Notes: generated by a model from the letters alone, not told the origin. A stretch of 64,000 bases of DNA from Gammaproteobacteria bacterium (GCA_965237805.1 OZ250153.1:672001-736000), one strand, 5' to 3'. Positions 1 to 11,098 are shown, counted from the stretch's first letter. A program made the numbers and translations.

Positions 1-114
1 TTCCAACAGGGACATATTCCTGTGCCGGATACGACCCATCGACAGCGGCGATATCACATATTCTAGCTAAAGTGGAGCACGTCCGACGGCGATGGCCTCG
101 GTGGCGGGGCTACA

Positions 115-1269
115 ATGCCCACCGATGCTACGCAATACGAGGCCATGCCGCAGAACCTGTATCTCGGACTGATGTCCGGCACCAGCATGGACGGCATTGA
201 TGCCGCGCTGGTGGAGTTCGGCGACGACGCGGATGGCCGTCCCTTCAGCTTGCGCACGACGATCTGCCAAACGCTGCCCGCGTCGCTGCGCGGCGAACTG
301 CTGGCGCTTTGCAGCCCCGGTGAAGACGAGATCAACCGCCTCGGTCGCGCCGACCGCAAACTGGGTCGCGCCTTTGCCGCAGCTGTGCAAGCAGTGCTCG
401 ACAAGGCTGGCGTCGCACCCGCCGAAGTGACGGCCATCGGCTGCCATGGCCAGACTGTGCGCCACCACCCCGACGGCGAGGACAGCTTCACCCTGCAGAT
501 CGGCGACCCCAACACTGTGGCCGAACTGTGCGGCGTTGAGGTGGTGGCCGATTTCCGACGCCGCGACATCGCCGCTGGCGGCCAAGGGGCACCGCTGGTG
601 CCAGCATTCCACGCCGCCGCCTTCGCCGCCCCCGGCGAGATACGCTTGATCGTCAATCTCGGCGGCATCTCCAATCTCAGCGCGCTGTGCGCCGACGGCA
701 CGGTACTCGGCGGCGATCTCGGCCCCGGCAACCTACTGATGGATCATTGGTGCGAGCGCTACACCGGGCAGCCTTTCGACCGCGACGGGGAGTGGGCGCG
801 CGGTGGCAAGGTGGAGCCATGGCTACTGCAGCGCCTGCTGGAATACCCCTTCTTCCAACGCCCGTGGCCAGCCAGCACCGGGCGCGAGGAATTCAATCCC
901 AGTTGGCTCCAGCTGGGCATACTGCGCGCCGCACCCAACGCCCAGCCCCAGGATGTCCAGGCGACGCTATGCGAATTGACAGCGGCAGCGGTGGCGCGGG
1001 GGGTGGCCAAAGTGCCACAGGCCACAGGCGTGCCGATCCACCTGTGCGGTGGCGGCGCACACAACACCTATTTGGTGGAGCGCATCGCCGTGCAGGCACA
1101 GGGACATCCAGTGCGCGACACATCGGAGCTGGGTCTAGAGCCTGAGTGGGTCGAGGCGGTGGGCTTCGCCTGGCTGGCCCGCCAAACACTGCTGGGGCGA
1201 GCGGGCAACGCCCCGGCGGCCACCGGCGCGGCGGGAGAACGGGTGTTGGGGGGACGGTGGGGCGGCTAG
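115..1269 (+). CDS. anmK: Anhydro-N-acetylmuramic acid kinase
   Basis: Motifs GLMSGTSMDGID, HGQTVRH, DFRRRDIAAGGQGAPLVP, NLGGISN, CGGGAHN, EAVGFAWLA. The true start may be ATG 145, since a TACAAT -10-like hexamer overlaps position 115. Confidence 0.96.
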   Translation: MPTDATQYEAMPQNLYLGLMSGTSMDGIDAALVEFGDDADGRPFSLRTTICQTLPASLRGELLALCSPGEDEINRLGRADRKLGRAFAAAVQAVLDKAGVAPAEVTAIGCHGQTVRHHPDGEDSFTLQIGDPNTVAELCGVEVVADFRRRDIAAGGQGAPLVPAFHAAAFAAPGEIRLIVNLGGISNLSALCADGTVLGGDLGPGNLLMDHWCERYTGQPFDRDGEWARGGKVEPWLLQRLLEYPFFQRPWPASTGREEFNPSWLQLGILRAAPNAQPQDVQATLCELTAAAVARGVAKVPQATGVPIHLCGGGAHNTYLVERIAVQAQGHPVRDTSELGLEPEWVEAVGFAWLARQTLLGRAGNAPAATGAAGERVLGGRWGG

Positions 1270-1347
1270 CCCTCTTTGGCCGCCCAGCTGCGGTCGGGGC
1301 CGACATCGGGCGATAAATCGCCGTGCAGGCGGCTGAGGCCAGCGCCC

Positions 1348-2406
1348 TTAGAAAATCTTCCGAATGCGGTCTTCAATCTCCTGCAGCGCAGCCTCGGCGT
1401 GCTCTGGAATCAGATTGGCCAACTCTTCCTGCGCTATTTTGATATGGCTGTAAATCATGGCTTTGGCCTCCGCGACCGGGACATTGTCGATGACGCTTTT
1501 GATCCGCTCAATGGTGTCGTGGCCATATTCCTCTGCGACGCTTGCCTGTTCGCGTTTATCGAAAACGCCATCCTCAACGACCTCGTAGGCCAATCGCCAC
1601 ATGGCGAAGTCGTGTTTTGCCTGAGCGATGCGTTGCTTGGCGAAGTCCTCAAGATAGAGCGTCAAATCCGCCTGCACCCGCTCATCGAGTGGCGACATCC
1701 GTTCCCCGGGGAAATTCGGTGCCGCTTGCACGACAGCATCAAACCACAAAAGTGCACGACAGCGCACCGGAATAGAGGAGTGACTGTCGCCAGCGCTTGC
1801 CGGGGCAACAGCGACCGATGCCAGTTCGAATTGGGCGACAAAGGCGGCCGTATCAAACCGCAAATAGGGCTCAGACAACCCTGAGACTGTTTTCACAATC
1901 GCCTTGATCGCGGCATCGAACGAAGCGCAGGCAATTAGCCCTAGGCGATCCACAGAGATTTCCCGCGCCCACCAGCGTGTGAAGAGCCCCATGCTCTCCC
2001 GATACGCCTCGGCGCTCAGATCCTCAGAGCCCAGCAACCAGTGCCCCAACTCTTGGCCGACGACAAATTTCAATTCCTGCTCACTGAGCAACTTGATCAT
2101 GGCAGAAGAAATCCGCAAGATGCATGCCGTCACATCACCGTTAAAGCAGTCCACCTTGATGGCGGGAGATGGATAGACAAAGGCCGCCACCTGATCGGCG
2201 GGAATCGCCAACTTGGCATAGACCTCATTGAGACAAGCGAACAACCCCGGCGTCAACTCCGCAGACAGTTGCAAGTGGTCTTGAAAATACTGGCTCCTGA
2301 CGAAATCGTCATGGGGGCGTTCGCCAGTCGGCTGGCTCCTGAGCTCATCGCCAGAAAATTTTATTTTTGTTGCGAACGCACGTGCCGCATGGAGGTGGTC
2401 GCTCAT
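1348..2406 (-). CDS. M48-family (HtpX-like) zinc metalloprotease homologue with altered zinc motif and TerB-like C-terminal segment
   Basis: LSEQELKFVVGQELGH (QExxH for HExxH) and downstream REISVDRLGL match the M48 layout. C-terminal VVEDGVFDKREQ resembles the TerB-type DG...E motif. Confidence 0.7.
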   Translation of the reverse strand: MSDHLHAARAFATKIKFSGDELRSQPTGERPHDDFVRSQYFQDHLQLSAELTPGLFACLNEVYAKLAIPADQVAAFVYPSPAIKVDCFNGDVTACILRISSAMIKLLSEQELKFVVGQELGHWLLGSEDLSAEAYRESMGLFTRWWAREISVDRLGLIACASFDAAIKAIVKTVSGLSEPYLRFDTAAFVAQFELASVAVAPASAGDSHSSIPVRCRALLWFDAVVQAAPNFPGERMSPLDERVQADLTLYLEDFAKQRIAQAKHDFAMWRLAYEVVEDGVFDKREQASVAEEYGHDTIERIKSVIDNVPVAEAKAMIYSHIKIAQEELANLIPEHAEAALQEIEDRIRKIF

Positions 2407-2515
2407 GTGCCGGGGATATTTGGAAAAATACGCTAGATCATTCTAACAATAGTGTGTGGCGACGGCAATTAGGGAGGGCGTATCGTGCTTGGTTTTTCCT
2501 GTGGCCAGCCACTGC

Positions 2516-3025
2516 TCAAGAGTGCCCTATAGAGTGCTGCATAACACTCGCTATATGGGTGCCATAAAAACATGCCAATTTAGGTGGGACAGCATTCCCA
2601 ATCAATGTCGCCAGAAAATGCAAGTTATTCGCAGGGTGAAAACATAAGATTCCGGAAAACTTTGCAACAAAGCACCCTCCTTAATAGAAAGGGCACGATT
2701 CTGTTTAGGATCATAGTGCCCAAATCGTCCACTGGTGATAGTGACAAATTTAGTGGTAATTGTCGGAGACACGCAAGCTCTCGACATACGGGTATAAGTA
2801 TCCCCATACCCACGGCTGTCCATGCGGCTATTCAATCTGCGGTGGCAAGGCAATGATCAATCCCCATACTGCGTTTTATGCAAATAACGATTGGAAGCTC
2901 CAAGCGGAGCACAGGATATACGTTTTAGATTAAGGTCAGACAATCGCCGGGTGCGATGATTAAGAACCGTTGGATCAACAGCACCAGCCTCCAGACGAGG
3001 CAATTTTCCAATTACATCGTTAATG
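2516..3025 (-). pseudogene. C-terminal remnant of a C5 cytosine DNA methyltransferase
   Basis: Hand translation: DVIGKLPRLEAG..NHRTRRLSDLNLKRI..(in-frame TGA 2857-2859)..PTITTKF..GRFGHY..RALSIKEGALLQSFPESY (motif IX), a frameshift in a T run near 2640, then LIGNAVPP (motif X). Catalytic N-terminal motifs are absent. Low GC (24/60 at 2641-2700). Confidence 0.88.
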
Positions 3026-3200
3026 CTCCGACAGCGCTTGTCTGCTGATTAGAGATGGTATCCCAATTTTTGGGTCGCCCACCATAGGGCTGCCAATCTT
3101 CATCAGAGAAATTTTCTTGAGAAATGATCTGTTCAACGCATTCCGCAGAAAACGCGGACAGTAGTTCCTCTAAAACTTCATAAGACCGTTGATGATCCAT
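3012..3200 (-). pseudogene. N-terminal stub of a probable GHKL-type ATPase
   Basis: 62-aa ORF ending WQPYGGRPKNWDTISNQQTSAVGALT. It resembles the segment preceding the E-x3-N (N-box) helix of GHKL ATPases and is cut off where the MTase remnant begins. Family call is an inference. Confidence 0.45.
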
Positions 3201-3210
3201 GATAATACCC

Positions 3211-4080
3211 CTACCCCACTTCCTCTGGAATATGAAAGCTCGGGTTCTCGGCGGCCAGGATCTCGCGCAGACGCACATTGCAGGAGTCGCGCCAGCCGTC
3301 CTCGGCGAGGATGTAGAAGCGGTTCTCGCGCACTGCCCGCACAATGCGATCGGCCATCACCGCGGGGTCTAAGCCGGTCGCCGTGCCATCGGCGGTGGCC
3401 TGATGGATCAGCTCGCGATACACCGCGTTCTCGCCTGTACCCTCGGCGCTGGGTGCGGTCGCGTGGCGCTGGCGATCGGCGATGCGGGTGTCGACCAATT
3501 CGGGACATAGCGCCGAGACACCGATGGCACTGGGCGCAGACTCCAGTTCCTTGTACAAGACCTCGCTCAGGCACAGCACCGCATGCTTGCTGATGCAGTA
3601 GCCACCGGAGCCGGGCATGGTCGTCAGCGCGGCCATCGAGCAGGTGTTGACAATGTGCATCTCGCCCTCGCCTCCCCGCTCCTGCTCCAACATCATCGGC
3701 ACAAAGGCCTGCACTCCGTGCAACATGCCCCAACAGTTGACATCCATCTGCCAGTGAAAATCTTCTATCGGTGACTCCCACAAGCGCCCACCGGTCAACA
3801 CCCCGGCGTTATTGCAGAGCAGGTGCACGGCACCGAAGGCCTCCTTTGCCGCCGCCGCCAAGGCGTGCACAGACTGCAAATCCCTGACATCGGTGGTCTG
3901 CACTGCACACTCGGCTCCGGACTCGCGCAGCTCGGCTGCGACCGCCGCCAGCGGCTCGGCTTCGACATCGGCCAAGACGACGCGCATGCCCTCGCTGGCC
4001 AGCCGACGCCCCAGCGCCCGGCCGATGCCGCTGGCGGCACCGGTGACAACGGCTGTCTTGCCAGTGAACTCGCCGATCAC
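3211..4080 (-). CDS. Short-chain dehydrogenase/reductase (SDR)
   Basis: TGAASGIG Rossmann motif, NNAG, catalytic YCISK. Confidence 0.93.
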   Translation of the reverse strand: MIGEFTGKTAVVTGAASGIGRALGRRLASEGMRVVLADVEAEPLAAVAAELRESGAECAVQTTDVRDLQSVHALAAAAKEAFGAVHLLCNNAGVLTGGRLWESPIEDFHWQMDVNCWGMLHGVQAFVPMMLEQERGGEGEMHIVNTCSMAALTTMPGSGGYCISKHAVLCLSEVLYKELESAPSAIGVSALCPELVDTRIADRQRHATAPSAEGTGENAVYRELIHQATADGTATGLDPAVMADRIVRAVRENRFYILAEDGWRDSCNVRLREILAAENPSFHIPEEVG

Positions 4081-5219
4081 GATGCACTATCGGCATCGGG
4101 CAGGCTGGCCTCGGCGGCGGCGAGCAGATCGCGCCCCATGTCCAACGTCCCCGCCTGACCAGCGAAGAAGTGCTGGGTGCTGGCGTGCACATCGCGGAAA
4201 CAGCGCGCCAGCGGCCCTTCCCGCAGCGCCTCGGTGCCGCTGTGCAAATAGCACTCGCGCACGATGTCGGCGGCCTCGTGGGACAGGAACACCGTCGCTT
4301 GGCGCAGCGCGTTGCACACGGTGTTGTCCAGCGGACGGTCGTCGCGTACGCTGTCCTCAGCCTTCGCCGCCGCCTCCCGCAGCCATGCGCGGACAGCGCG
4401 GTAACGCGACTCGGCGCGGGTGATGGAGATGATGAAATGATCGCTGTCAGCCAGCTTAGTGGCGTGCCCCATGCGCAGCCGCCCGCCAGCGGCCAAGCGC
4501 AAGGCCTCGTCCAGCGCGCGCCGCGCCACGCCGAGGCTGAAGCCGGAGTGACCGATGGCGGTCAGCGGCATGATGCCGAGGCGATAGACATCACCGCCGC
4601 GCTGCACCTCGGGCGCGATGATGTCGAAAGTGGCCCCGACCGGCACCTCGACATCGCGGATGATGTAATCCACACTGGCGGTGCTCTGCAAGCCCATCAC
4701 ATCCCAACCGTCGCGGAACTCCACCTGCGCCTTGGGCACACAGCTGCCGAGCATTTGTGGCTCGGCATCGTCGGTCACCATGCCGAGGCCGATGAACTCT
4801 GAGAACAGCACGCCGCTGCCGAAGCGGTAATCGCCGCTGACGCGATAGGCATCGCCCTCGCGCACCCCCATGCCATTGGGCGCGAACTGGCCGGCCACCA
4901 GCGGCACACCATTGGCGAACATGCGCTCGGCGTTGGCTTTGTCGGTGTAGGCACCGAAGAAGGCGGTGGCAACCGCAGTGGCCATATAGCACCAACCGGA
5001 GGAAGGGTCGGCACGCGACACCTCGGCGAAGATGTCGAGGATATCGACCAGCGGCAGTTCCAAACCGCCGACATCGCGCGGTGCCATCACTGCAAAGAGT
5101 TCGGCATCGCGCAACAGACGCACGCTGTCGTCGGACATGGCACCATCGCCGACGGCGATGGCATTGGCGTCGATTTGATCGGCAAGGTCGCGCGCACGCG
5201 ACAGGTATTGTTGGCTCAT
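4077..5219 (-). CDS. Acyl-CoA dehydrogenase-fold flavin-dependent monooxygenase (HsaA-like)
   Basis: DPSSGWC, VSGDYRFGSG, WDVMGLQSTASVD, LARCFRDVHASTQH are typical of group D flavin monooxygenases. Stop overlaps the SDR start. Confidence 0.85.
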   Translation of the reverse strand: MSQQYLSRARDLADQIDANAIAVGDGAMSDDSVRLLRDAELFAVMAPRDVGGLELPLVDILDIFAEVSRADPSSGWCYMATAVATAFFGAYTDKANAERMFANGVPLVAGQFAPNGMGVREGDAYRVSGDYRFGSGVLFSEFIGLGMVTDDAEPQMLGSCVPKAQVEFRDGWDVMGLQSTASVDYIIRDVEVPVGATFDIIAPEVQRGGDVYRLGIMPLTAIGHSGFSLGVARRALDEALRLAAGGRLRMGHATKLADSDHFIISITRAESRYRAVRAWLREAAAKAEDSVRDDRPLDNTVCNALRQATVFLSHEAADIVRECYLHSGTEALREGPLARCFRDVHASTQHFFAGQAGTLDMGRDLLAAAEASLPDADSAS

Positions 5220-5421
5220 TGCATCCTCGCTAATGGTGTCTGTGACGGCACCCTGATCGGTGCCCGGCTCACCCGCAGATGCGAGTGGCCTGATTATAGG
5301 GCGCTACACGATGGCGGGTGCTGGCTGGTGGCACCTAAGCTAGGGTGTCCCGACCAGCTTGACAATCAGCATATCCAGCTAGCGCTCTGTGTCGACAGCG
5401 CCGAGGCGACCGCCAGCTGCG

Positions 5422-8274
5422 CTACTTGCGCCGACGAGCGGCGCGGCGGCGCGGGTTGAGCATTCGGCGCAGAAAAACACCAGTGTGTGAAGCCTTACAG
5501 GCCACCACCTCCTCCGGCGAACCCATCGCCACCACCCGGCCGCCATCCTTGCCGCCCTCGGGTCCCAAATCGACAATCCAATCTGCGGTTTTGATCACAT
5601 CGAGGTTGTGCTCTATCACCACCACCGTGTTGCCCTGATCGCACAGGCGATGCAGCACCGACAGCAACTGTCGCACATCGTGAAAATGCAAGCCGGTGGT
5701 TGGCTCGTCCAGCAGATACAGCGTCCGTCCCGTGCCGCGCCGCGACAACTCGCGCGAGAGTTTGACACGCTGTGCCTCGCCGCCGGACAGCGTGGTCGCC
5801 GACTGGCCCAAGCGAATATAAGACAGGCCGACATCGACCAAGGTCTGCAGGCGGCGGGCCAGCATCGGCACCGGATCGAAAAATTCGCGCGCCGTGGCCA
5901 CCGTCATCTCGAGCACTTCGTGAATGTTGCGGTCTTTGTAGCGCACTTCCAGCGTCTCGCGGTTGTAGCGCTGGCCGCCGCAGGTCTCGCAACTGACATA
6001 GATATCGGGCAAAAAGTGCATCTCCACCTTGATCAAGCCGTCGCCATGGCAGGTCTCGCAACGCCCGCCAGCTACATTGAAGCTGAAGCGCCCGGGCTTG
6101 TAGCCGCGCGCACGCGCCTCGCGAGTGGCCGCAAATAACTCGCGCACTGGCGTAAACAGTCCGGTGTAGGTAGCCGGATTCGAGCGCGGCGTACGGCCGA
6201 TGGGGCCTTGATCGATGGACACACATTTGTCCAGCGCGTCGAGACCCGTCGCCCGCTTGAAAGGCATCGCACGCGGGGCGACAGATTCCCGTAGTAGACG
6301 CGCGGCCACCGCCGGGTACAGCGTCTGATTGATCAGCGTCGACTTGCCCGAACCGGACACGCCAGTGACGCAACAAAACAGTCCCAGCGGCAGCGTCAAA
6401 TCAACCGCACACAGATTGTTACCGGTGGCACCCTCAACCACCAGCTGCCGCTGCTCGTCACGCTGGCGGCGGTGCTTTGGCAACGGAATGCTCTCGGCAC
6501 CGGACAGATAGCGCCCGGTCAGCGAATCCGGACTGGCCTCCAAGTTCTCCAGCGAACCGCTGCCGACCACCATCCCACCGTCCGCGCCAGCACCTGGGCC
6601 GATGTCGATCAAATAATCGGCACTGCGAATCGCCTCTTCGTCGTGCTCGACCACCACCACCGTGTTGCCGAGATCCCGCAGGCGGAACAAGGTGCTCAAC
6701 AGGCGGCTGTTGTCGCGCGGATGCAGGCCGATCGACGGCTCGTCCAGCGTATAGAGCACCCCGACCAAACCGGCCCCGATCTGGCTGGCGAGCCGGATGC
6801 GTTGCGCCTCACCGCCGGACAGGCTTTCGGCGCGGCGCTCCAAACTCAAATAGCCCAGACCGACATCGGCTAAAAAACGCAGGCGACTGCGGATTTCTTG
6901 CAGTATCTTCTCAGCGATCTCGCCGCGGTGTCCGCTGAGGTGGAGCTGCTCGAAATGGCTCAGCGCCTCGTCCACTGGCAAGGCACTCAGCTGTGGCAGA
7001 TTGGCATCGCCGATAAAGACATGGCGCGCCTCTTCGCGCAATCGCCCGCCTTGACAGCTGGGGCAGGGTCGGGTGCTGATAAAGCGCAACAGCTCCTCGC
7101 GCAAGCGCTCGGATTCGGTCTCGCGATAGCGCCGCTCCAAATTGGGCAGCACCCCCTCAAAGCGCGTGCGACGGCGGAAGATCCGTCCGTTCTCCGCCAC
7201 ATGGCGCAGTTCCACCACCTCATCGCCACTGCCGTCGAGGATGAGACGCTGGTGACGGCGGGAAAGACGCCGGAACGGGATGTCCATGCGGAAGCCATAA
7301 TGTTCCGACAGCGAGCGCAGTATCTGGAAATAGAAGGTGTTGCGATCCCAACCGCGAATCGCCCCCTCGGTCAAAGTGGCCTCGGGCTCCACCACCCGCT
7401 CGGTGTCGAAGAAGCGGCTGACGCCGAGACCGTCACAGTCACGGCAGGCACCGGCCGGGTTGTTGAAGGAGAAAAATCGCGGCTCCATCTCCGGGATGCT
7501 GTAGCCACATTCCGGGCAGGCGTAGAGGGAGGACAGGCGCAGGGTCTCGCCGTCACCGTCCATCGGCGCGACTTGCACCAAGCCCTCGCCGACCCGCAAT
7601 GCGGTCTCCAAAGATTCGGCGAGCCGCGATTGCTGGCCCGGGCGGATGCGGAAGCGATCGACCACCGCCTCGATGCTGTGCTTGCGCCGCTTGTCCAAGG
7701 CGGGAGCCTGATCCAAATCGACTAGGATGCCGTCGATGCGGGTGCGCACGAAGCCGCTGCGTCGCAACTCTTCGAGCACATGCAGGTGCTCACCCTTGCG
7801 GTCGCGCACCACCGGTGCCAACAGCATCCAGCGCCGCTCGGCATCGAGCTGCGAGATGGCGTCGACCATCTCGCTGATGTTGCGCCCCGCCAAACGCTCG
7901 CCGTGGCGCGGGCAACGCGGCTCACCGGTGCGGGCGAACAGCAACCGCAAATAGTCTTGGATCTCGGTGATGGTGCCGACGGTGGAGCGCGGGTTGTGGG
8001 AGGTGGATTTCTGCTCGATAGAAATCGCTGGCGAGAGCCCTTCAATGTGATCCACATCGGGCTTTTGCATCAGAGACAGGAACTGCCGCGCATAGGCTGA
8101 CAGTGACTCGACATAACGCCGTTGCCCTTCGGCGTAGAGCGTGTCGAAGACCAGCGATGATTTACCCGAACCGGACAGCCCCGTGACGACGATCAGCTGG
8201 TTGCGCGGCAGGTCGACATCGATCTGCCGCAGGTTGTGGGTGCGGGCACCGCGCACACGGATGAAATCGCTCAA
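5422..8274 (-). CDS. uvrA: Excinuclease ABC subunit A
   Basis: [11 protein letters not shown], two Walker A motifs ([18 protein letters not shown]), two LSGGEAQR signatures, zinc fingers. Start estimated at TTG 8274. Confidence 0.98.
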   Translation of the reverse strand: MSDFIRVRGARTHNLRQIDVDLPRNQLIVVTGLSGSGKSSLVFDTLYAEGQRRYVESLSAYARQFLSLMQKPDVDHIEGLSPAISIEQKSTSHNPRSTVGTITEIQDYLRLLFARTGEPRCPRHGERLAGRNISEMVDAISQLDAERRWMLLAPVVRDRKGEHLHVLEELRRSGFVRTRIDGILVDLDQAPALDKRRKHSIEAVVDRFRIRPGQQSRLAESLETALRVGEGLVQVAPMDGDGETLRLSSLYACPECGYSIPEMEPRFFSFNNPAGACRDCDGLGVSRFFDTERVVEPEATLTEGAIRGWDRNTFYFQILRSLSEHYGFRMDIPFRRLSRRHQRLILDGSGDEVVELRHVAENGRIFRRRTRFEGVLPNLERRYRETESERLREELLRFISTRPCPSCQGGRLREEARHVFIGDANLPQLSALPVDEALSHFEQLHLSGHRGEIAEKILQEIRSRLRFLADVGLGYLSLERRAESLSGGEAQRIRLASQIGAGLVGVLYTLDEPSIGLHPRDNSRLLSTLFRLRDLGNTVVVVEHDEEAIRSADYLIDIGPGAGADGGMVVGSGSLENLEASPDSLTGRYLSGAESIPLPKHRRQRDEQRQLVVEGATGNNLCAVDLTLPLGLFCCVTGVSGSGKSTLINQTLYPAVAARLLRESVAPRAMPFKRATGLDALDKCVSIDQGPIGRTPRSNPATYTGLFTPVRELFAATREARARGYKPGRFSFNVAGGRCETCHGDGLIKVEMHFLPDIYVSCETCGGQRYNRETLEVRYKDRNIHEVLEMTVATAREFFDPVPMLARRLQTLVDVGLSYIRLGQSATTLSGGEAQRVKLSRELSRRGTGRTLYLLDEPTTGLHFHDVRQLLSVLHRLCDQGNTVVVIEHNLDVIKTADWIVDLGPEGGKDGGRVVAMGSPEEVVACKASHTGVFLRRMLNPRRRAARRRK

Positions 8275-8397
8275 TGGAATAGGCTCGGAACAGCTGACAA
8301 CAGACGGCGACAAGGCCATCGGATAGTATAGCGCCCGCCACTTTCTCATGGAGAGAGGCATAGAGTGCTACTCGACACCTCTCGACCATTGCAGCCG

Positions 8398-9612
8398 ATG
8401 CCCTCCTCATCGCAACAAATGACAGCCTTGGAGCGCCGTGCGCTGACGGTGCTGGCCGCACTCTACAGCATGCGCATGCTGGGGCTGTTCATGATTCTGC
8501 CGGTGCTACCGCTGTACATAGGGCGCATTCCCGGTGCCACACCGGTGGCGGTCGGACTGGCAATAGGTGCCTATGGGCTCAGCCAGGCCCTGCTGCAATA
8601 CCCCTTCGGCTGGCTGTCAGATCGCTATGGTCGACGCGCATTGCTACTAGTAGGGCTCGGCCTGTTCATCGCTGGCAGCGTGCTCGCGGCGCTGTCGCAG
8701 ACCATCATCGGCATCACTGCAGGACGCCTCTTGCAGGGCTCTGGAGCCATCGCTGGCGTGCTGCTCGCCTGTCTCGGCGACCAGCTGCGAGCACCCCAAC
8801 GCATGGCCGGCATGGCGGTGATCGGCATCACCATCGGTGCCAGCTTCCTCGCCGCCCTGATACTGGGACCGCTGTTGCTACCGCTGGGCGGTCTACAAGC
8901 GGTGTTTTTCACCAACGCCGCGCTGGGGCTGCTCGGCTTCGTGCTGGTGCTGACGCTGCTACCGGGCAGCCCACCGACGCCGGACAGCACCCCAGCAGAT
9001 CCGGATGGACAAGGGGCTGTGCAAAGCCCGGCGGGGGAGCGAAGATCGATGCTGGGGTGGTGCGGCGTGGCCTGCTCGATCCACCTCACGCTGACAGCAG
9101 CCTTCGTCGCCATTCCCGGCATCCTGTGGCAGCAGCTCGGCTATGCGCCCTCATCCCACTGGCGGCTATACGCTATCGTGCTGCCGCTCTCGGCCTTGCC
9201 GATGCTGTGGCTGGCGTACTGGCGACGGCACCCGCACCCCGCCCTGCTGCCAGCGGCGATGCTGAGCAGCGCACTGGCGCTCGGCCTGTTGGCCCTCGCT
9301 CCGACGGCAACATTGCCGGGGCTACTGCTGTTCTTTGTTGGCTTCAACCTATTGGAAGCCACGCTGCCAGCGATGATGACCCAGCGGGCACCGATGACGC
9401 GGCGCGGCGCGGCACTCGGCTTGTTCAGCAGTGCGCAATTCCTCGGAGCCTTCGGCGGCGGCCTGCTCGGCGGTATCGCACTCCAGTGGGGCGGTACCGA
9501 GGCTCCCTTCGCACTGGGAGCCGTATTGCTCGGCTGCTGGCTGCCATGGCTGTGGCGCAACGCCAAGGCGCCGACAGACAGCGCTGGGAAAATGACAATG
9601 GCGCGCACCTGA
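8398..9612 (+). CDS. MFS transporter (YajR-like)
   Basis: RMLGLFMILPV, GWLSDRYGRR motif A, FNLLEATLP. Conserved position between uvrA and ssb. Confidence 0.9.
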   Translation: MPSSSQQMTALERRALTVLAALYSMRMLGLFMILPVLPLYIGRIPGATPVAVGLAIGAYGLSQALLQYPFGWLSDRYGRRALLLVGLGLFIAGSVLAALSQTIIGITAGRLLQGSGAIAGVLLACLGDQLRAPQRMAGMAVIGITIGASFLAALILGPLLLPLGGLQAVFFTNAALGLLGFVLVLTLLPGSPPTPDSTPADPDGQGAVQSPAGERRSMLGWCGVACSIHLTLTAAFVAIPGILWQQLGYAPSSHWRLYAIVLPLSALPMLWLAYWRRHPHPALLPAAMLSSALALGLLALAPTATLPGLLLFFVGFNLLEATLPAMMTQRAPMTRRGAALGLFSSAQFLGAFGGGLLGGIALQWGGTEAPFALGAVLLGCWLPWLWRNAKAPTDSAGKMTMART

Positions 9613-9620
9613 TTTGATGT

Positions 9621-9650
9621 TTGTAGTGAGCGCTGGGGGGAGATTACAAT
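9621..9650 (+). promoter_or_regulatory. Putative sigma70 promoter for ssb
   Basis: TTGTAG-18 nt-TACAAT about 50 nt upstream of the ssb start. Confidence 0.4.
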
Positions 9651-9698
9651 GCCCTTTCAGAGCTGATACGAACAGCACAGGCAGTAGGAGTATCGACC

Positions 9699-10181
9699 AT
9701 GGCATCGGGACAGGGCAGCGTCAATCGCGTCATCTTGATCGGCAACTGCGGGCGCGAGCCCGAGGCGCGTTCATTGCCATCCGGCGACACCGTCACCAAT
9801 ATACGGCTCGCCACCAACGAATTCTGGAAAGACCGCCAGAGCGGCGAGCGGCGAGAGCGTACCGAATGGCACTCGCTGGTGTTCTTCGGGCGAACGGCGG
9901 AAGTGGCTCGCGATTACCTGCGGAGCGGCTCCAAGATCTATATCGAGGGTAGCCTGCGCACCCGCAAATGGGAAAAGGACGGTGTCGATCGCTACTCCAC
10001 CGAAATCGTCGTCGACCAGATGACCATGCTCGACCGCAAAGCAGATGCTGGCAGCGCACCCCCCCCGGCGGGGTCGGGTGACAGTCGCTATGATGCGCCC
10101 CCGGCGGCGGCACAGCAAGGCGGTGGCAGCAGTGCGCCACCAGCCGCAGATGCCATAGAAGATGACGATATTCCCTTCTAA
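9699..10181 (+). CDS. ssb: Single-stranded DNA-binding protein
   Basis: SVNRVILIGN, ERTEWH, acidic tail DDDIPF, AGGAG RBS. Confidence 0.98.
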   Translation: MASGQGSVNRVILIGNCGREPEARSLPSGDTVTNIRLATNEFWKDRQSGERRERTEWHSLVFFGRTAEVARDYLRSGSKIYIEGSLRTRKWEKDGVDRYSTEIVVDQMTMLDRKADAGSAPPPAGSGDSRYDAPPAAAQQGGGSSAPPAADAIEDDDIPF

Positions 10182-10333
10182 CAGCCCCCGGATGCAAGCG
10201 GCACTGCGCGACAGTGCGATAGATAGCCGGTAGCCCGACCGGGCTACGACACTCAGAACGTGCTCAGCACATCCGCATCGACTGTGGACACACGACGCAT
10301 GCAAGCGGCGCAGCCCGCTCTGCGAGACGCGCT

Positions 10334-11035
10334 TCAGCCCCAGCAATAGCGGCGGGTGGAGAAGGCGTCTATCTTGTCAAAGTCGATAAAACGCTCGCAG
10401 CTTGCCATCATCTGCCCCTGATGGCGCTGGCAGCGCTCGGGGTCGCCTGCGGCATCATAGAAGGCCTCCCAGCTGGTCATCGCCGCCTCGGGGAAACCCT
10501 CTTCGACGATAGCATCGTAGTGCGGAGCCGCGTAGGTCACGGGACGCACGACCACATTCTGTACATAGAGGAAAGTCGATTGGGTGTCGATCGCCACCTG
10601 GGTGTGCGAACCCTGCCAGACATCGAGCCAATCTTCGTGGGCGAGGCGCGACGGACGTCCCAGCATCACCACTTGGGCGAAGCCCGCCATACGCTCACCG
10701 TCAGCGCTCGGCTGCTCGGTATTGACGATGGGCATCGATTCGGTAACCAGATAGCCAGCAATGCGCAACACCACTTTTTCTAGCACCTCCTCGACCGCTC
10801 CCTTGTCTTGCTGAGCGGCGTTGACCCACACCGAGATGACCCCATAGGGACGGGGCTTAGTGTGGATTTGCAGCATCGGATCGGCCGGGCGGACGGTCTC
10901 GTCGACGGTATTCAACTGCAGCTTGGGAAGCTCGAGCGCCAGCAGGTCTGGCACGGCCTCCTCGCGCAAACGCTTGGCAAAATCGTCGCGCGCCTCGGCG
11001 GGATTACGCCATAAGAAGTAGATTAACTTTTCCAT
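10334..11035 (-). CDS. EthD-domain (tandem dimeric alpha/beta barrel) protein
   Basis: MEKLIYFLW..., WQGSHTQVA, YVQNVV, YDAIVEEGF, FIDF pattern. Confidence 0.7.
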   Translation of the reverse strand: MEKLIYFLWRNPAEARDDFAKRLREEAVPDLLALELPKLQLNTVDETVRPADPMLQIHTKPRPYGVISVWVNAAQQDKGAVEEVLEKVVLRIAGYLVTESMPIVNTEQPSADGERMAGFAQVVMLGRPSRLAHEDWLDVWQGSHTQVAIDTQSTFLYVQNVVVRPVTYAAPHYDAIVEEGFPEAAMTSWEAFYDAAGDPERCQRHQGQMMASCERFIDFDKIDAFSTRRYCWG

Positions 11036-11098
11036 TTGAGTACTACGATCAAGCGATTTGTGGAAGCCATCTTAGTACCGAGGCCAGCCGCGGTGCCG

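Noticed and set aside
8275-9698. LexA boxes upstream of uvrA or ssb
   Set aside because: I found no canonical CTG-N10-CAG site by eye, only near-matches with wrong spacing.
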